DNA of 64,000 bases from an uncultured Hormoscilla sp. (GCA_963921275.4 OZ001293.3:5600001-5664000), one strand, 5' to 3'; numbered from the stretch's first letter, positions 42,449 through 53,551 are shown. The notes: generated by a model from the sequence alone, not told the origin. A program made the numbers and translations.

Positions 42449-43060
42449 TTACAGGGCCAATTCCTTTTGGAAGCGTTGACGAGTGAGGGGGCCTTCGACC
42501 TCCAAGCCTCCACCTCCTAAATACTCCAAAGGCTTCCCTTCCACAGAGATCCAGATTTGAGCATCTGGTTGGAGAGTGGTGGCCGTGTAAATAATTTGTC
42601 CCAGCCGACCGCTCATAGAAGCAGTGCCACCGCCAGTGGTAAACTCGCGGGAGAGATCGACGTGGACGCCATTGCTTTTGATCTGTACGCTCCGCAGTCT
42701 TGTCCCTGCTGGAATAGTGGTGGTAAAATTAGGGTCACCTGGTCCTGCTAGTAAACGATGGAAGGCAACTTCTAAAAGTTCGCCCAGATCGGACTTGAGC
42801 GGAATTGGACTGCCAACCAACTCCATATCTAAACTGTTGCCACTGTCCTTGAGCCAATAAACTTGAACTGTCTGGAAAGCTACTGTGGGCTCTGGTGTCG
42901 GTGGTCTGACTGGTGGCTGAGACGGTTCCGTTACTGTTGGGTGGTCAAGAAGTGAATGCAATTGCCACGAGGTTAGGCCGCCAATTGCTACCCCAATCAA
43001 GGTGCAAACACTGGCAACGACGGCTATAGAAATGCTGGGACTTGATTTTTGATCTTGCAT
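42449..43060 (-). CDS. GerMN domain protein
   Basis: LLAGP...TTIPAGT.L...VDLS.EF..GGG.ASM..RL.QI.YTAT; N-terminal transmembrane segment. Confidence 0.88.
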   Translation of the reverse strand: MQDQKSSPSISIAVVASVCTLIGVAIGGLTSWQLHSLLDHPTVTEPSQPPVRPPTPEPTVAFQTVQVYWLKDSGNSLDMELVGSPIPLKSDLGELLEVAFHRLLAGPGDPNFTTTIPAGTRLRSVQIKSNGVHVDLSREFTTGGGTASMSGRLGQIIYTATTLQPDAQIWISVEGKPLEYLGGGGLEVEGPLTRQRFQKELAL

Positions 43061-43092
43061 AATGACCGAGTTCAATGATTTCATTAGACTAG

Positions 43093-43980
43093 CTATCTGC
43101 CAGGAAGACTGGCAGGTGGTTGCTTCTGCACGAACGCTGCTATCTCCAGCAAGCGAGGACTTACTTCCAATTTTAAGAGCCGGATTAAGATTTGGTTAGC
43201 TTCTAGACGGCGCAGATCTCCTCTGCGACTAACGCCTGCTGCGATCGCATTGACTAAAATTGGTGGCACTGGGTTGCCATTGACTTCTAAACGCGGTGCC
43301 ACCAGTTCTATTTGTCGCCCAGCTACTACGCTCAAACCGGACTCTACTAGGATGGCCAGCTTAAACCCGCGATCGTTACCATGCCTCGATGTGCGATTTT
43401 TCGCGCAGCGTGGGACAGTGCGGTTAGCGCGTCCCGATACGCAGTGCGCGACCTTAGGAGCGCTGTGCATCGAATGTTCTTGTAATTCCAGCTGGAAACG
43501 CAGCCGGTTATTATCCAAAAATTCTACTCGCGGATTGACAAACTCATAGCTTTCCATCTGGTCGGCGGCGGCACCTGGCAGGCTGTTTATGCTGAATTTG
43601 CGTAACAGGGCCGCGATCTGGGGCGATCGCAATGCCCGATTTATATCTGCTTCTGTTAACACCAACCGTACCCCCCCTTGCAAGGGTTGTTCTCGAATCT
43701 GGAATAGCTGCTTTCTATCAATATCGATCGGGCCTGTTTCCAATTCCAGAACTGCTATTCGCACCTCTGGTTGTAGCCAGATCCCTCGCCCTGCAATTCT
43801 TACCCGTTCTGCTTTTCCTTGCAGTAGCCTGTGAGTGGGGGCGTTATCTACTCGCACTTGCAGTTCTTCCACCCGATCTACTTGGGCCCTGATGCTATTT
43901 GCGATCGTGCGATCTGCTATCAATCCTGCGGGCGACACTAGCAACAACAAACCTGAGAGCAGTATACTCAAAAATTCCAT
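43093..43980 (-). CDS. DUF2993 (LmeA-like) protein with an in-frame repeat insertion
   Basis: VEELQVRVDNAP...LTEADINRAL; GC-rich palindromic insert at 43387-43472. Confidence 0.8.
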   Translation of the reverse strand: MEFLSILLSGLLLLVSPAGLIADRTIANSIRAQVDRVEELQVRVDNAPTHRLLQGKAERVRIAGRGIWLQPEVRIAVLELETGPIDIDRKQLFQIREQPLQGGVRLVLTEADINRALRSPQIAALLRKFSINSLPGAAADQMESYEFVNPRVEFLDNNRLRFQLELQEHSMHSAPKVAHCVSGRANRTVPRCAKNRTSRHGNDRGFKLAILVESGLSVVAGRQIELVAPRLEVNGNPVPPILVNAIAAGVSRRGDLRRLEANQILIRLLKLEVSPRLLEIAAFVQKQPPASLPGR

Positions 43981-44025
43981 CTTTATTGTCAATTGTGAAT
44001 TCTCACTTCGCACTTCACCCGCCTT

Positions 44026-44162
44026 CCGTGTCTCGTGGTCGCTCGATGTCCCCGGGGAGCTCGATGTCCCCCCAGAGGGGGACGCGCTAATCGCACTACC
44101 CCCGAGACATCGTAGTCGCACAAAAGCGGGGACATCGTACTCGCACTACCCACGAGACACGG
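44026..44162. repeat. Triple-nested palindromic element inside a REP-like repeat
   Basis: CCGTGTCTCGTGG..CGAT[GTCCCCG..CGAT[GTC...GAC]ATCG..CGGGGAC]ATCG..CCACGAGACACGG. Confidence 0.9.
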
Positions 44163-44577
44163 AGGGTTCAAACCCCCGCGTCATAGCTAAAGTTGGTGTT
44201 ATACCGACTAATAGCATAATGCTTAAACTAATTGTTACTCTCGTTCCCAGGTTCTACCTGGGAACGGTATTCTGAGGCTCCCGCCTCCTATACGTGCCTA
44301 GTCAAGTCTATCATATCTTTTTTTAATGGTATAAGTGTTAATTGTACATTGTTAATTGTACATTATTAATTGTACAGATTAATTTGGTAGCATCTCCCAT
44401 TTGCTCTTTGTCCGTTGGGTAACAAACTTCAAACAAACCAGATTAATGATGAAGTATCTATTGGTTGGGTTTCGTGCGGAGACCCAACCTACCACATTAC
44501 TTCACCCCTAGCCCAGAAACCAGGTTTTTACAGAAAACCGAGTTTCTTAATTCCAGCAGATCGATCTCCCGTTTTTC

Positions 44578-46389
44578 CTAGTGCTCCAAAGCGGCATATA
44601 TTCGCTGTTTTAAGGTAGAAACGACTTGCTCGATCGCAATTTCTTCAGACTTCTTTGTCGATCGTTCCACCACTTCTACCTTACCTTGCGAGAGCGATCG
44701 CCCGGTGACCACCCGATAGGGAATGCCAATTAAATCGGCATCTTTTAATTTTACCCCCGCCCGTTCATTGCGGTCATCTAGTAGGGTTTCTACACACGCT
44801 TGATTTAGTTCGGCGTAGAGTTTTGCCGCCGTTTCCAGTTGTTGGGGGTCGGCGATATTGGGAACGCAGACGATCGCATGATAGGGGGCGATCGCGACTG
44901 GCCAGATAATCCCATCTTTGTCGAAAGATTGCTCTACCGCTGCTTGCGCTATTCGAGAAATGCCTACCCCGTAGCACCCCATGTAAAAAGGCAATTCTTC
45001 TCCTTGTTCGCTAGTGTAGGTAGCATTCATCGCTTGGGAGTATTTTGTCCCCAGTTGGAAAATATGCCCCGCTTCAATACCTCTGGCAGTTTGCAGGGTT
45101 TGACTGGGGTCGTGAATTGCCCGATCGCCCGCTTTTGCCGTTCGCAGGTCTGCCACCAGGAGTGGCAGATCGAATTGCTCGTCCCAATTGGCCCCAACTA
45201 CATGATAACCCGACTCATTCGCACCCGTGACGAAATTTTTCAGCTCGACGACTGTTTTGTCTGCCAACCGCAAAAACTTGGGCGCGACATTCTTTATTGT
45301 ACTACTGATATAATCATCTGGCAACGCTGGATCGATATAACCCAAGGGCCAGGGTTTAGCGGCCCATTTTTGTTGAGCTTCTGCGTCCGGCACTGTTAAA
45401 GCTAAGACTGTTTTCGCATTATACTGAGAAGCTTGGGCTGTCAACTCGTTAAACAACTTCACCTCATTCACATCTTGGTCTCCCCGGATGTTTACTAGGA
45501 CTAGGACTGTCATGCCATTATCGTAAACTACCTGGTACAGGACGTTTTTCACCACATTCGTCGAATCGCACTTGAGGAATTTACACAGCTTCTCGATCGT
45601 CTCACAAGATGGCGTCTCTACTTTTTCATAGGTTGTAAAGGGAGAGGGTTTCGCATCAGGTGGCAGAGATACCGCCTTTTCCACATTGGCAGCATACTTA
45701 TCGTCCGCAGTGTACAGCACCTCATCTTCCCCCGCATCTGCCAGGATCATAAACTCTTGGGACACCCCTCCCCCGATCGCCCCCGAGTCTGCCTGCACTG
45801 CTTGGAAGGCCAAACCGCACCGACGGATCATATTCCGATAGGCGCGATCCATGTCTTGGTAAGTTTTTTTCAGGCTTTCTACATCCGTATGGAAGGAATA
45901 GCCATCCTTCATGATAAATTCCCGTCCCCGCATTAATCCGAAACGGGGGCGAATTTCATCTCGGAACTTGGTTTGAATTTGATAGAGATGTAGGGGTAAT
46001 TGGCGGTAAGAACGGATCATGTCCTTAGCAATGGTAGTAATCACCTCTTCATGGGTAGGTCCCAATCCCAATTCCCGTTCTTGTCGGTCCGTGAGGGCGA
46101 ACATGATCCCTTCAGCTTGAGTGTAGGTATCCCAGCGCCCCGATTCTCGCCACAAGTCAGCCGGTTGCAACTGGGGCAGGAGACATTCTTGAGCCCCCGT
46201 GGCGTTCATTTCCTCCCGCACTATCTGGGATACTTTTTGCAGCACCCGCCACATGAGGGGCAGATAGGCGTAGATACCGCTACCGATGCGACGGATATAA
46301 CCGGCTCGCAATAGCAGCTTGTGACTGGGAATTTCCGCTTCCGCTGGATCTTCCCGCAATGTGTAGAACAGCATTTGAGACAGTCCCAT
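44578..46389 (-). CDS. proS: Proline--tRNA ligase
   Basis: [42 protein letters not shown]. Confidence 0.97.
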   Translation of the reverse strand: MGLSQMLFYTLREDPAEAEIPSHKLLLRAGYIRRIGSGIYAYLPLMWRVLQKVSQIVREEMNATGAQECLLPQLQPADLWRESGRWDTYTQAEGIMFALTDRQERELGLGPTHEEVITTIAKDMIRSYRQLPLHLYQIQTKFRDEIRPRFGLMRGREFIMKDGYSFHTDVESLKKTYQDMDRAYRNMIRRCGLAFQAVQADSGAIGGGVSQEFMILADAGEDEVLYTADDKYAANVEKAVSLPPDAKPSPFTTYEKVETPSCETIEKLCKFLKCDSTNVVKNVLYQVVYDNGMTVLVLVNIRGDQDVNEVKLFNELTAQASQYNAKTVLALTVPDAEAQQKWAAKPWPLGYIDPALPDDYISSTIKNVAPKFLRLADKTVVELKNFVTGANESGYHVVGANWDEQFDLPLLVADLRTAKAGDRAIHDPSQTLQTARGIEAGHIFQLGTKYSQAMNATYTSEQGEELPFYMGCYGVGISRIAQAAVEQSFDKDGIIWPVAIAPYHAIVCVPNIADPQQLETAAKLYAELNQACVETLLDDRNERAGVKLKDADLIGIPYRVVTGRSLSQGKVEVVERSTKKSEEIAIEQVVSTLKQRIYAALEH

Positions 46390-46668
46390 CGTTTTCCCTC
46401 CTATATAGGCGATCGTCATTGTAGTTTAGAGTCAGGCCAGCCCGCACCTGCGATCTGGGGTGACAAAAAGTTGGCGGGCCCCACGCTAAAGGATTCTGTT
46501 GGCGAATTACCCGATCTTACGCGATCGCTCCCAGGGAGCAGTGGCCAGTGCCCACCAGATGCTACAGGTAGTATAATATAGTATACCGTAGGGTGGGCAG
46601 TGCCTACCAGATGCTACAGGTAGTGATGAGTTACGCTCAGAAAAGACTTAAATAGTAGTGAGTAGAGG

Positions 46669-47058
46669 CAATACTTCTCGGTTAATAACTTGTCCGGAGC
46701 GAGGGGGGCTCCCAAACGAGCAATCTTGCGATCCCCGCGCTTAATCCCCCCCGTAGCGCTACGCGCATTTCGTAAAAGCGCAGCGGCAGATTGCTTCGTG
46801 CCTCGCAACACAGGCGACCGAGGGCTAGCAATCTCACCGCGCTGTATCCTGGGTAGTGCGAGTACGATGTTCCCCCTTTTGTGCGCCTAGCGCTGGGAAC
46901 ATCGAGCGACCAGGATACAGCGAACGACGCCGAAGCGCTCTTCCTCTTATACAGGGCGGGGATTGCTTCGGGGGGGTTAACGAACATGAACGCATAAGTT
47001 AATCGCTACGTACCCCCCCCTCGCAATGACAAATAAAATTCTTAACCGAGAAGTATTG
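46669..47058. mobile_element. MITE with 17-bp terminal inverted repeats and a 10-bp target-site duplication
   Basis: CAATACTTCTCGGTTAA...TTAACCGAGAAGTATTG, flanked by TGAGTAGAGG / TGAGTGGAGG; no transposase. Confidence 0.9.
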
Positions 47059-47161
47059 TGAGTGGAGGTGATCTCTGCACGTCCAGATAAAAAAAGAGCT
47101 GATAATCTATGTTATCAGCCCTAGAAATTATTTACCTAAATTGTCGTTGCGCTCTCTCAAA

Positions 47162-49099
47162 CTATTGCGACTTAGTCTCAGAGAACTCAGCATCAATCAC
47201 ATCTGCATCGGCACCGCTAGAGGCACCACCCGATGCCGCATCTGCACCCGTGGCGCCATTACCGGTAGGACCTCCCACACCAGCTGCATCACCGCCCGCC
47301 TCTTGATAGATCTTGCTGCTGATACCATAGAGGGTTTGCTGCAACTCGGGTGTGAGCTTCTGTATTTGCTCGTCATCTTCCTTCCCGATCGCCTCCCGCA
47401 GGTTTTTAACCAACTCTTCTATCTTAGTCTTCTCTTCCGCAGGCACCTTGTCTCCCAACTCGTTGACTTGCTTCTCTGCCTGGTAAGCGAGAGTATCTGC
47501 CTGGTTCTTGCGATCGATCTTCTCGCGGCGTTGCTTATCAGCGTCGGCATTTGCTTCCGCTTCCTTGACCATGCGATCGACTTCCTTGTCATCCAGAGTC
47601 GAAGCACCCGTGATGCTGATGGATTGTTCCTTACCCGTACCTTTATCCTTGGCCGTTACATTCAAAATCCCGTTGGCATCGATATCAAAGGTAACTTCGA
47701 TTTGAGGCACGCCTCTCGGTGCAGCAGGAATTCCATCTAAGCGGAAAGTCCCCAGACTCTTGTTGTCAGATGACATTTCCCGTTCCCCTTGCAGAACGTG
47801 GATTTCCACATTCGTCTGCCCGTCCACAGCAGTAGAGAATACTTCCGACTTCTTGGTAGGAATAGTCGTGTTGCGAGGGATGATCTTGGTCATCACGCCA
47901 CCTAAGGTTTCCACACCCAGAGACAATGGGGTGACATCCAACAGCAGGATATCTTTCACTTCTCCCGCCAGCACACCCCCTTGAATTGCCGCACCCACAG
48001 CAACTACTTCATCGGGGTTAACTGATTGGTTGGGTTCTTTACCCAGAACCCTCTTCACCACTTCTTGCACGGCGGGTATCCGGGTAGAACCACCCACCAG
48101 CACCACTTCGTTGATCCCAGACTTGTCTAACTTGGCGTCGCGCATGGCATTTTCTACCGGGATGCGGCAGCGATCGATCAAGTCAGAACAGATTTCTTCA
48201 AACTTGGCGCGAGTTAAGGTCAGATCCAGGTGCTTGGGTCCATCTTGGGTGGCCGTGATGAAGGGCAGGTTGATTTCTGCTTGGGTGACGCTAGAGAGTT
48301 CTATCTTGGCTTTTTCAGCAGCTTCTGTCAAGCGTTGCAAGGCTTGCTTGTCTTTGCGCAAGTCAATCCCTTCAACTTTGTTGAATTCTTCAGCCATGTA
48401 ATCAACAATTTTCTTGTCGAAGTCGTCACCGCCCAGGTGAGTATCTCCAGAAGTAGCCAACACTTCAAACACGCCGTCGCCCACTTCCAGAATCGACACG
48501 TCGAAGGTACCGCCACCCAAGTCAAACACGAGGATGGTTTCATTACTCTTTTTATCTAAGCCGTAAGCTAGGGCGGCGGCGGTGGGTTCGTTAATTATCC
48601 GCAACACTTCTACCCCGGCAATCTTGCCTGCGTCTTTGGTAGCTTGACGCTGGGAGTCGTTGAAGTAAGCGGGAACGGTGATTACTGCTTGGGTGACGGT
48701 TTCCCCCAGGTACTTGCTAGCGTCGTCTATCAGTTTGCGTAGGACTTGAGCGGAAATTTCTTCCGGGGCGAATTGCTTGCCTGCTGTGGGACAGTCCAGT
48801 TTGACGTTGCCGTTGCTATCCCGCAGCACCTTGTAGGATACTTCGGTGGATTCGTTGGTAACTTCCGTGTGTTTGCGTCCGATGAAGCGCTTGACCGAAT
48901 AAAATGTGTTTTCCGGGTTCATCACTGCCTGCCGCTTGGCTATCTGCCCTACCAGGCGATCGCCATTTTTGGCATAGGCGACCACGGAAGGGGTGGTCCG
49001 AAAACCTTCGGAGTTGGCGATCACCGTGGGCGCACCACCTTCCATCACGGCGACGCAGGAGTTTGTCGTACCTAAGTCAATTCCAACTACTTTTGCCAT
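47162..49099 (-). CDS. dnaK: Chaperone DnaK (DnaK2-like)
   Basis: [25 protein letters not shown]-terminus. Confidence 0.98.
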   Translation of the reverse strand: MAKVVGIDLGTTNSCVAVMEGGAPTVIANSEGFRTTPSVVAYAKNGDRLVGQIAKRQAVMNPENTFYSVKRFIGRKHTEVTNESTEVSYKVLRDSNGNVKLDCPTAGKQFAPEEISAQVLRKLIDDASKYLGETVTQAVITVPAYFNDSQRQATKDAGKIAGVEVLRIINEPTAAALAYGLDKKSNETILVFDLGGGTFDVSILEVGDGVFEVLATSGDTHLGGDDFDKKIVDYMAEEFNKVEGIDLRKDKQALQRLTEAAEKAKIELSSVTQAEINLPFITATQDGPKHLDLTLTRAKFEEICSDLIDRCRIPVENAMRDAKLDKSGINEVVLVGGSTRIPAVQEVVKRVLGKEPNQSVNPDEVVAVGAAIQGGVLAGEVKDILLLDVTPLSLGVETLGGVMTKIIPRNTTIPTKKSEVFSTAVDGQTNVEIHVLQGEREMSSDNKSLGTFRLDGIPAAPRGVPQIEVTFDIDANGILNVTAKDKGTGKEQSISITGASTLDDKEVDRMVKEAEANADADKQRREKIDRKNQADTLAYQAEKQVNELGDKVPAEEKTKIEELVKNLREAIGKEDDEQIQKLTPELQQTLYGISSKIYQEAGGDAAGVGGPTGNGATGADAASGGASSGADADVIDAEFSETKSQ

Positions 49100-49254
49100 A
49101 ATTCTCTCCTGATTCTAATTACTAGAGTCTTCTGGCTATTGGTCAAGCCAGGAGTAGGGTTTGGGCTGAGGGGTCTAGCCGTAATTTGAGCCATAGCGCG
49201 AGCTGCGCAGATATCGTTATATCTATACTGAGCGCCTTGAGGCTCTCTCATGAA

Positions 49255-49270
49255 GGGGGGTTTACCGAAC
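49255..49270 (-). promoter_or_regulatory. K-box-like stress element upstream of dnaK
   Basis: Minus strand GTTCGG-TAAA-CC matches the cyanobacterial GTTCGG-NNAN-CC element known upstream of dnaK2/groESL. Confidence 0.6.
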
Positions 49271-49317
49271 CCGATCTGGGACGGTTGACAGCTATACCCC
49301 CTTTGCTGTTGTGTATA

Positions 49318-49849
49318 CTAGGCTGCCCAAAGGTTTGTTTTTAACTCATCTGGTTCTGTTACAGCAGTTGGGACTACTTCTGTTTCTGGAGTGCTGTCAT
49401 CTGACGATACCTTGACTTTCACTACCTCTGGACGTACCGCTGATAATTTTGGTAAGGTCAGGGTGAGAATCCCATTGTTAAGTTCTGTCTGCACTTGAGT
49501 ATTCTCTACTGGTACGGGCAGGGGAATGAGGCGACGGAATTTGCCGTAGCGGATTTCTGACCGCCATCTTCCTTGATTTTGGTTTGTGGCCTTGATTTTG
49601 GTTTGTGGCCAGATCGCCTGCAATCAAAACTGCCGATCGGGTCACCTGCACTTCCACATCTTTGCCTGCTACTCCCGACAGTTCTAGGCGCAATATAACT
49701 GCGGTAGAAGTTGTTGGCATTTCCATTGCTGGTGTCCAAGTCATATCCGCTGCTTTCTGGTTGGCGGTGACATCCTTCAATAGTTGATTTAGCTGATGCA
49801 GTAACAATTCTTTTTTTTGTTGAGGTGCAGACATAATTAATGTGCTCAT
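49318..49849 (-). pseudogene. Hsp20/alpha-crystallin small heat-shock protein, frameshifted
   Basis: WTPAMEM...LRLELSGV...VLIAG, then SEIRYGKFRRLIPLP...NGILTLTLPK in another frame; 19-bp tandem duplication at 49571-49608. Confidence 0.85.
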
Positions 49850-49934
49850 TAGGGCTTCTCCTTATTGTTATTCGTGTTATCATTCGTCAGCTTCTTTCTC
49901 TATATTCAATGTAAAGCTATTATTTGCTTTCACA

Positions 49935-50286
49935 ACAATTACATCCTAGAAAACGACTCTCTTGTATTGGTGCCAACCGTATTCTGCTATTGGTGTTTGC
50001 CGTCTGGGCTTTGTAATTAAGCCCGCTATCCCTATTAGCCATTAGCAATTTAAAATTCGCAATCAATAATTACATCTTATGTTAAAAAAAACTCTATCGG
50101 ACATTGGGGTAAACCGTATTCTGCTATTGGTGTTTGCCGTCTGGGATTATTAATTAAGCTCGCAATTACAAAAATTAGCCATTAGCCATTAGCAATTAAC
50201 AATTAGCAACAAATCCATCCTATGTGAAAAAACGGTTTCAGACTAGGGTGCCAACCGTATCCGGGTGGTGGTGTTTGCCGTCTGGG
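49935..50286 (-). promoter_or_regulatory. Three tandem copies (about 139 bp) of a promoter-like module upstream of hsp20
   Basis: AACCGTAT...GGTGTTTGCCGTCTGGG cores at 49975, 50112 and 50253, each followed on the minus strand by TA(G/A)GAT. Confidence 0.65.
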
Positions 50287-50355
50287 GATGGAAACCCAGG
50301 GCAAGATGTTGGTTTAAGATGAAATAAGCTTAGTTTTGACGCTCTGTATGGGTTT

Positions 50356-51416
50356 ATGGTATATTTGTCTCCAGAACTACAATCGCGACTCTCAACCCCT
50401 CTGAAAATTGGCTCGGTTGAGGTCAACAGCCGCGTACTGCAATCCCCTCTATCGGGGGTGACTGACTTAGTGTTCCGTCGCCTGGTGCGCCGTTATGCGC
50501 CAGATTCGATGATGTACACGGAAATGGTGAATGCCACGGGGTTGCATTATGTCAAGCAGTTGCCGAAGATTATGGAGGTAGACCCGAAGGAACGCCCGAT
50601 TAGTATCCAGTTGTTTGACTGTCGTCCGGATTTCTTGGCCGAAGCTGCACAGAAGGCGGTGGCGGAAGGGGCCGATACGGTAGATATTAATATGGGTTGC
50701 CCGGTGAATAAGATTACCAAAAATGGTGGGGGTTCCTCCCTGTTGCGGCAACCGGATGTGGCAGAGGCGATCGTCCGGGAAGTGTCCCGGGCGGTGGAGG
50801 TGCCTGTGACGGTGAAAACCCGGATCGGGTGGTCGGATCGGGAAATCAATATTCTGGAATTTGCCCAACGGATGGAAGATGCGGGGCGCAAATGCTGACG
50901 CTGCACGGTCGGACTCGGGCTCAAGGCTATAATGGACCGGCTAGATGGGAATGGATTGGCAGGGTGAAGGAAATTCTCTCGATTCCGGTGATCGGCAATG
51001 GGGATATTTTTTCGGTGGAAGCGGCGGTGCGGTGTTTGGAAGAAACGGGTGCTGATGGTCTGATGTGTTCGCGAGGCACTCTGGGTTATCCGTTTCTGGT
51101 GGGAGAAATTGACTATTTCTTGAAGATTGGCAAGCAGTTGCCACCGCCGACTGCTGTAGAACGGTTGCTTTGTGCTCGGGAACATTTACAGGCTTTGTAC
51201 GAGTATAAGGGCGATCGGGGAATTCGCCAAGCCCGCAAGCACATGACCTGGTATGGGAAGGGTTTTCCCGGTGCTGGGGAACTGCGGGGTAATTTGGCGA
51301 AGATTGAATCTGTGACCGCAGGGGTGGAGTTGATCGATGGGGCGATCGAGGGGCTGACAGGGATGGGTTATTCTGAAGGACAGGAGATAGAACAGAGACA
51401 GGCTATAGCAGTCTGA
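50356..51416 (+). pseudogene. dusB: tRNA-dihydrouridine synthase B with a single frameshift (possibly a sequencing error)
   Basis: QSPLSGVTD, DINMGCP, then LHGRT, IGNGDI, RKH in the next frame; the shift lies in the G run at about 50884-50887. Confidence 0.85.
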
Positions 51417-51826
51417 TGATTTCTGGGAACCTGCGAAAGCAATTCATTGCCCTAGCTTGGAAACGAGTCCGTCCTGGTAGCGGCAGTCACCGGGAGTTTC
51501 TGGAGGCGAGAACCTGGAAGCATCCCGTGACAAACCTCAAACAAATCGTTCTGCAAACAGCTTTTGTCATCGTCGGCGGCATCGCTACGCGGTTGTATAT
51601 GCCAGAACGGACAACCCTGGATTTAGATATTCTAGTCTTGGCAGAGGACGCGCCTCTACTATACCGAGAGTTACAGCAAGCTAATAGTCAGCAGTTGGGA
51701 ATTTTGTCTATTGGCAAAACTACTTGGCAATTGCCCGATCGCACTATGCTGGATGTGATTGAATCTGGAGAAGCTTGGTTGGAGAGTTTAATCGAACTGG
51801 GAAAATTAGAGTATGGAAACGGCTGA
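51416..51826 (+). CDS. Nucleotidyltransferase-like hypothetical protein, probably internally deleted
   Basis: VIVGGIA.RLYMPERTTLDLDILV motif. Confidence 0.55.
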   Translation: MISGNLRKQFIALAWKRVRPGSGSHREFLEARTWKHPVTNLKQIVLQTAFVIVGGIATRLYMPERTTLDLDILVLAEDAPLLYRELQQANSQQLGILSIGKTTWQLPDRTMLDVIESGEAWLESLIELGKLEYGNG

Positions 51827-51831
51827 AAGCA

Positions 51832-51917
51832 GTAGGGTGGGCACCGCCCACCGTCCGATTGAGTGGGCACCGCCCACCATCCGATTGAGTTAGGCACCGC
51901 CCACCTATGAATTGAGT
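51832..51917. repeat. GTGGGCACCGCCCACC palindrome in about three tandem units
   Basis: About 26-bp period; related copies near 38488 and 46590. Confidence 0.8.
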
Positions 51918-51920
51918 GTG

Positions 51921-52340
51921 TTAGGTTCGCCAGTTATCCAACTGCAATTCGTAACCGATCGCCTGAATCCGCTGATAGTGTGATAAATTGCCAGTCACCA
52001 AAGTTAAGTTATATTGTAAGGCAGTAGCGGCAATCATCGAATCAGCCAGACCAATTGGTTGTCCTATAAGTTCGAGAGTGCCACAGATGCGTCCTGCTAA
52101 TTCCGCGCCTTTATGGTCAAGTGTCAAAATCTCCGTCTTACTAATCTCAGCTAGAAACTGCTGAATCCGGTCTTCTCGTTGCAGCTTCTGCCAACCTTTG
52201 ACAATCTCCGTGACTGTGACAACGGAGATTGTGTAGTAACTGAAAGCAGCTATATAAACCGTAGCCCTAGCTACAACCTGCTGATTTCTGCGCTTGCGGC
52301 TTTCGGAAAAAATATCCGTGTCAAGTATTACTTTGTTCAA
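51921..52340 (-). CDS. VapC/PIN domain toxin
   Basis: ILDTDIFSE, ISVVTVTEI..G, DSMIAATAL...LVTGN..HY; TTG start overlapping the antitoxin. Confidence 0.88.
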   Translation of the reverse strand: MNKVILDTDIFSESRKRRNQQVVARATVYIAAFSYYTISVVTVTEIVKGWQKLQREDRIQQFLAEISKTEILTLDHKGAELAGRICGTLELIGQPIGLADSMIAATALQYNLTLVTGNLSHYQRIQAIGYELQLDNWRT

Positions 52341-52593
52341 GGTTCTGACTCCAGCCAAACTTTTGATTTAATGGATGTGCTGCCCGGTCTCTCATAATAT
52401 CTGCAAGTATTTCATCGACCAATTCTGCTTCATCCGTCCATCCTCCTAGTAAGGGGTAATTTTCTGCTTCTGTCACTGCAAACTTTTCAATAGCCTTGGT
52501 AACCAGTTCTGCTAAACTAAACTCGTGCCACTTTGCCATCCACTGTGCTTTTTCCAGGGTTCGTTCGTCTAGTTCTAGTTCTATCTTTTCCAT
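52321..52593 (-). CDS. Putative antitoxin
   Basis: MEKIELELDE... directly upstream of and overlapping vapC. Confidence 0.7.
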   Translation of the reverse strand: MEKIELELDERTLEKAQWMAKWHEFSLAELVTKAIEKFAVTEAENYPLLGGWTDEAELVDEILADIMRDRAAHPLNQKFGWSQNLEQSNT

Positions 52594-52667
52594 AGTGCCT
52601 CCTCTGTAATATCGGATGTCTCTGATTATAGCATTATTGTTACGGAACTTCATCCATGTCTTCCGTA

Positions 52668-52940
52668 TCAAGCAATGCTTTGTTCAACGCTTTCACTCCA
52701 GCCAAATTTTTGATTTAATGAATGTGCTGCCCGGTCCTTCATCACTTCTGCAAGCATCTCATCTACCGATTCCGGGTCATCGGCAAACATTCCTAATATA
52801 CGGTCTTTAGGAGGGTTCTCCTGCGCCAGCTTTTCGATCGCCTTAGCAATTATTTCATCTAAGGTACAATTGTTATCTCTTGCCATGCCTCGGGCCCGCC
52901 AGAGGGTGGGTGATTCTAGTTCTATTTCAATCTTTTCCAT
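52668..52940 (-). CDS. Paralogous putative antitoxin followed by a toxin stub
   Basis: Similar to 52321-52593 (DRAAH.LNQKFG); followed by LNKALLDTE...stop. Confidence 0.7.
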   Translation of the reverse strand: MEKIEIELESPTLWRARGMARDNNCTLDEIIAKAIEKLAQENPPKDRILGMFADDPESVDEMLAEVMKDRAAHSLNQKFGWSESVEQSIA

Positions 52941-53040
52941 AGGACATCCTCGGAACTTGCTGGTTATTCTGATGATAACATAATTTCTGGTATCCTGTCA
53001 AGCTGGGAATATTTGGGAGAAAATGCGATCGGGTGCATCT

Positions 53041-53250
53041 CAATACTTCTCGGTTAATAACTTGTCCGGAGCGAGGGGGGCTCCCAAACCAACGGCAGTG
53101 TTGAGCCCCGCCTGGATCCCCCCCGTAGCGCTACGCGCACTTCGTAAAAGCGCAGCGGCAGATTGCTTCGTGCCTCGCAACACAGGCGACCGAGGGCTAG
53201 CAATCTCACCGACGATGCAGGAGCGCTCTTCATCTCATACGGGGCGGGCT
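53041..53250. mobile_element. Partial copy (left end) of the 46669-47058 MITE
   Basis: Same TIR and about 200 bp near-identical; lacks the 84-bp nested insert and the right TIR. Confidence 0.85.
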
Positions 53251-53311
53251 ATATTACACTACTTGTGACCGCACCCCCTGTCTCCTGCGCGGAGCCGGTG
53301 CGTTACCAGTC

Positions 53312-53551
53312 TGCAACCTTATTGCTCGCAGGGTGTAACCTTACTGCTCGCAGGGTGTAACCTTACTGCTCGCACACTGTAACCTTACTGCTCGCAGGGT
53401 GTAACCTTACTGCTCGCACACTGTAACCTTATTGCTCGCACACTGTAACCTTATTGCTCGCACACTGTAACCTTATTGCTCGCAGGGTGTAACCTTACTG
53501 CTCGCACACTGTAACCTTATTGCTCGCACACTGTAACCTTATTGCTCGCAC
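53312..53551. repeat. 22-bp tandem array TGTAACCTTA(C/T)TGCTCGCA(GGG/CAC), about 11 copies
   Basis: Period 22 with two binary variable sites; no spacers. Confidence 0.95.

Noticed and set aside
43981..44121. N-terminal extensions of the DUF2993 ORF and cikA (32001-32099), and ORFs 43835-44275, 46682-46987, 53023-53268, 57683-57961
   Set aside because: They are translations of repeat or MITE sequence (the same SYSHYPRDTEGSNP-type peptides recur).
47141..49101. Long antisense ORFs over dnaK, chlH, proS and mutS
   Set aside because: Shadow ORFs caused by codon bias of the real genes.
50880..50900. Programmed frameshift in dusB
   Set aside because: One missing G in a short G run with no slippery heptamer; a mutation or sequencing error is more likely.
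53312..53551. Possible CRISPR array (also 20511-20666 and 39104-39265)
   Set aside because: Units are contiguous with no unique spacers, and there are no cas genes in the window.
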